From the NCBI RefSeq assembly GCF_036321535.1, contig NC_087436.1, positions 24,926,001 through 24,990,000 of the forward strand: a stretch of DNA of 64,000 nt, written 5' to 3'. A program made the position numbers and the translations under genes. The notes under the pieces are model-generated. The model was given only the letters and a program-made list of their open reading frames with translations, did not search any database and was not told where the DNA came from. Of this stretch, positions 61,605-64,000 are shown in pieces. Each line of letters begins with the position of its first letter. The first letter of the stretch is position 1. The DNA comes from Camelus dromedarius. Lineage: Eukaryota.

Positions 61605-62298
61605 ATGTGTACAACTAGAATGACTAAAAGATGATGATGCCAAGTATTGGTGGAGATCCAAGCAATTCGAACTCTCATACACTGAAAGTAGGAGTATAAA
61701 TTGGTACAACCATTTTAGAAGACTATTTCCAAATATGTATTAAAGCTGAACATGTATTTACCCTGTGAACCAGCACTTCCACACTCAAGTATGTTTCTGA
61801 CAGAAATATATAGTTACATGCAAACAAAAACATCTACAGCAGCACTATTTATAAATAGAGCCAAAAAGAATACATATGTTCATCAACAATGCAAGGAATA
61901 ATAAATGGTAGTATTTTTAGATTACTCAGCAATCAGAGTGAAGAAATAGGAATTATAAATGGCAACATGGTTGGATCTCACAGACATTTGTTCAAAAGAA
62001 AACTGACTCTAAAGAGCACTTAGTGCAGTCGTACTTCATACACTAACTCATGCCATTCCATTCCTGTGAAGTTGAACTCTAATCTAATGATACTGATCCG
62101 TGTTTAACTAGTCAGGATAGTATTTTCCTGTGGAGGGTGATGACTGGAAGGGAGCACAAGGAAGATTTGGGGTCCTTGTAAATTTCTGCATCCCGCTATG
62201 GGTGCTGGTTACACAGATGTGTTTACTTAGTTTACAACTCATCAACCTATTCACTTACTATTTATGTGATTTTCTATAGGTCTGTTATAGTTTAATAG
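61605..62298 (+). mobile_element. L1ME-like 3' end
   Basis: ccaagtattggtggagat...aactctcatacactg...aaattggtacaaccattttagaa...ggtgctggttacacagatgtgtttactt. Confidence 0.8.
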
Positions 62299-62534
62299 AC
62301 AGCTGGTTTCCTTATTTGAAATTGAATTTGAGCAAATGATTCCCTTTTTTGTAACTTTCTTGACGTTGGATCTTTTATTTATTCAATTTAGGTATTAAAT
62401 AGGTATTTAATTACTTGGTACCCAGTAGCATGCACTGGGCTGAGGGAGATAGGAAAGCATACACAACTCTTCAACTTCTGGGTACCTGATTCTAGTGAGA
62501 GATAATACAACATGCATCTGTAAATGGTTGAGAA

Positions 62535-62610
62535 ACACAGTTTTCATTTTCTTTCATTTTCTTATCTGCGAAAGAAAGGAATTAAACTAGATGATCTCCA
62601 AAAAATTTTC
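62535..62610 (+). mobile_element. MIR3-like 3' fragment
   Basis: ttttcttatctgcgaaagaaaggaattaaactagatgatctccaa...ttccagctttaaaat. Confidence 0.55.
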
Positions 62611-63149
62611 CAGCTTTAAAATGTGATCATTGAGTGTGTATTTAAGAGCTAAAAATTTTGTGATGTAGAACTTAATTATGTAAGTATATAAAGTAAATGA
62701 TGAAACCATCAGAGAGGTTTTTATGGAAGAAATAATTCTTTAAGGCTCAGTTTTAAGGATCTATAATTATGGAACAGGGAAAAAAATTATTCATGTAAGA
62801 ATATTCAGGCTTCTGTGTCTCACTACTCACTCACATAGTGCCTGATGTCAATCCAGATAAACAGAAGAATCAAAAAGATTTATAATATAAATAATAATCT
62901 ATTAGGACTCACTATCAGGGAAAAGGTAGGCAAATTCAAATCAGGACAAGGGAGGAAAGTGAAGAATTAGGGGCTGAATTTAGAAAATGTTTTGGGTTGA
63001 AACTTGGAAGGAAGGGAGAGAAAGAATTGGATATTAGAAGTAGTACAAAGGGTTTTATCATGTTTTGCAGTGTATTGAGTATCTTTTCGTCTTACCTCTG
63101 CCATCCATCTTGCCCCTTGGTGGAAAAGGGTAAAAGCAGGAATTGCTTT

Positions 63150-64000
63150 CATTTACAATTTTGTGTCATTTGAAGATTATGAGGGTTTGGGCTGAGTGAG
63201 GCCTAAGACAAATGTTGGTTATAGTTTTCTGTAGTCAAAACAGGAAGAAGACATTCTAGGAAGTGAGAGCAATTTGAGACAAGAAGAGAAAGGAACCATA
63301 ATTTATGCTAATTAGAAAGTGATTAGACTCTCCTAGCAAAAGGTGGTACTTTATGTTGGGAACATTTGGGAACTGAAGTTATTTAGGTACATTGACTGCA
63401 GGCTTTGATGAACTAGGATGATTCAGTTAAGAAACCAGCTGTTAAAAAGTCAGAAACTCTAATGGCCTCCCTGATACTTATCACCATAAACATATAATAG
63501 ATATTTTACTTACTTCTGGGATGCATACAAAATTTTGCGGCAATATGTGGGATGCACTATGAGAAAAAGCATCTCAAGCATGTAGAACGGCAATTATAAA
63601 AATTTGTTTCTGCAAACATGATGTCTGTACTAGCATGTGGACAGTATCATTATAAAGTGAAAATGAAGGAGAACATTTCCAAATAAGAACGGTGAGACTG
63701 GATGATTAAATAATGGATGGAGGGAAGGAGGAGTCAGTGACAGCTTCCAGGTCTTAAGCATGGGGAGAGTGGGAGAATTGGGTGATATTAACAAATTAGT
63801 ATTAAATTCTTTAAATATGAAACTTTTTTCACTTGCTCCTTCAACATGTTTATTGAAAACTTCTCTGGGTCTGTACTATGCACTCATTGGAACATGATGG
63901 TGAACATCAACCACAAAATGGGGTCCATTCCTCAGACTTCTTACCATTTTGTGGGGATTTAGATATCAAATCTGATCATTGCATACCCAGATGTATAATT
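63150..64000 (-). mobile_element. Scattered decayed L2 fragments
   Basis: gacattctaggaagtgagagc; gaaggaggagtcagtgacagcttccaggtcttaagcatggg; ttcaacatgtttattgaaaacttctct. Confidence 0.5.

Noticed and set aside
1..64000. A novel multi-gene system, CRISPR array, operon or viral insertion
   Set aside because: No long non-L1 ORFs, no regularly spaced repeat-spacer array and no compositional island; everything recognisable is ordinary mammalian repeat or unique non-coding DNA.

Overview
AT-rich, repeat-dense, non-coding mammalian DNA (a large intron or intergenic region). Two tRNA-Ala-derived Vic-1-type SINEs, artiodactyl-type L1 3' UTRs and no recognisable Alu, Bov-B/Bov-tA or PRE-1 point to a camelid (inference). 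I recognise no host protein-coding exon. The only ORFs resembling known proteins are L1 ORF2 fragments, plus one heavily decayed RTE-clade LINE remnant near 46 kb that the ORF track misses. A large part of the window is interspersed repeats (L1, L2, MIR, MaLR LTRs, hAT and Tigger elements). I found no new biological system. The best-supported points of interest are retrotransposition mechanics: three clear and one probable 5'-inverted (twin-primed) L1 insertions, one nested in another, and a TSD-flanked L1 lacking its distal 3' UTR and poly(A). There are also back-to-back hAT elements sharing a target box, a CpG-rich candidate regulatory element and a few candidate small exons. Family names come from remembered consensus sequences, not a search; boundaries of old elements are approximate (tens of bp).
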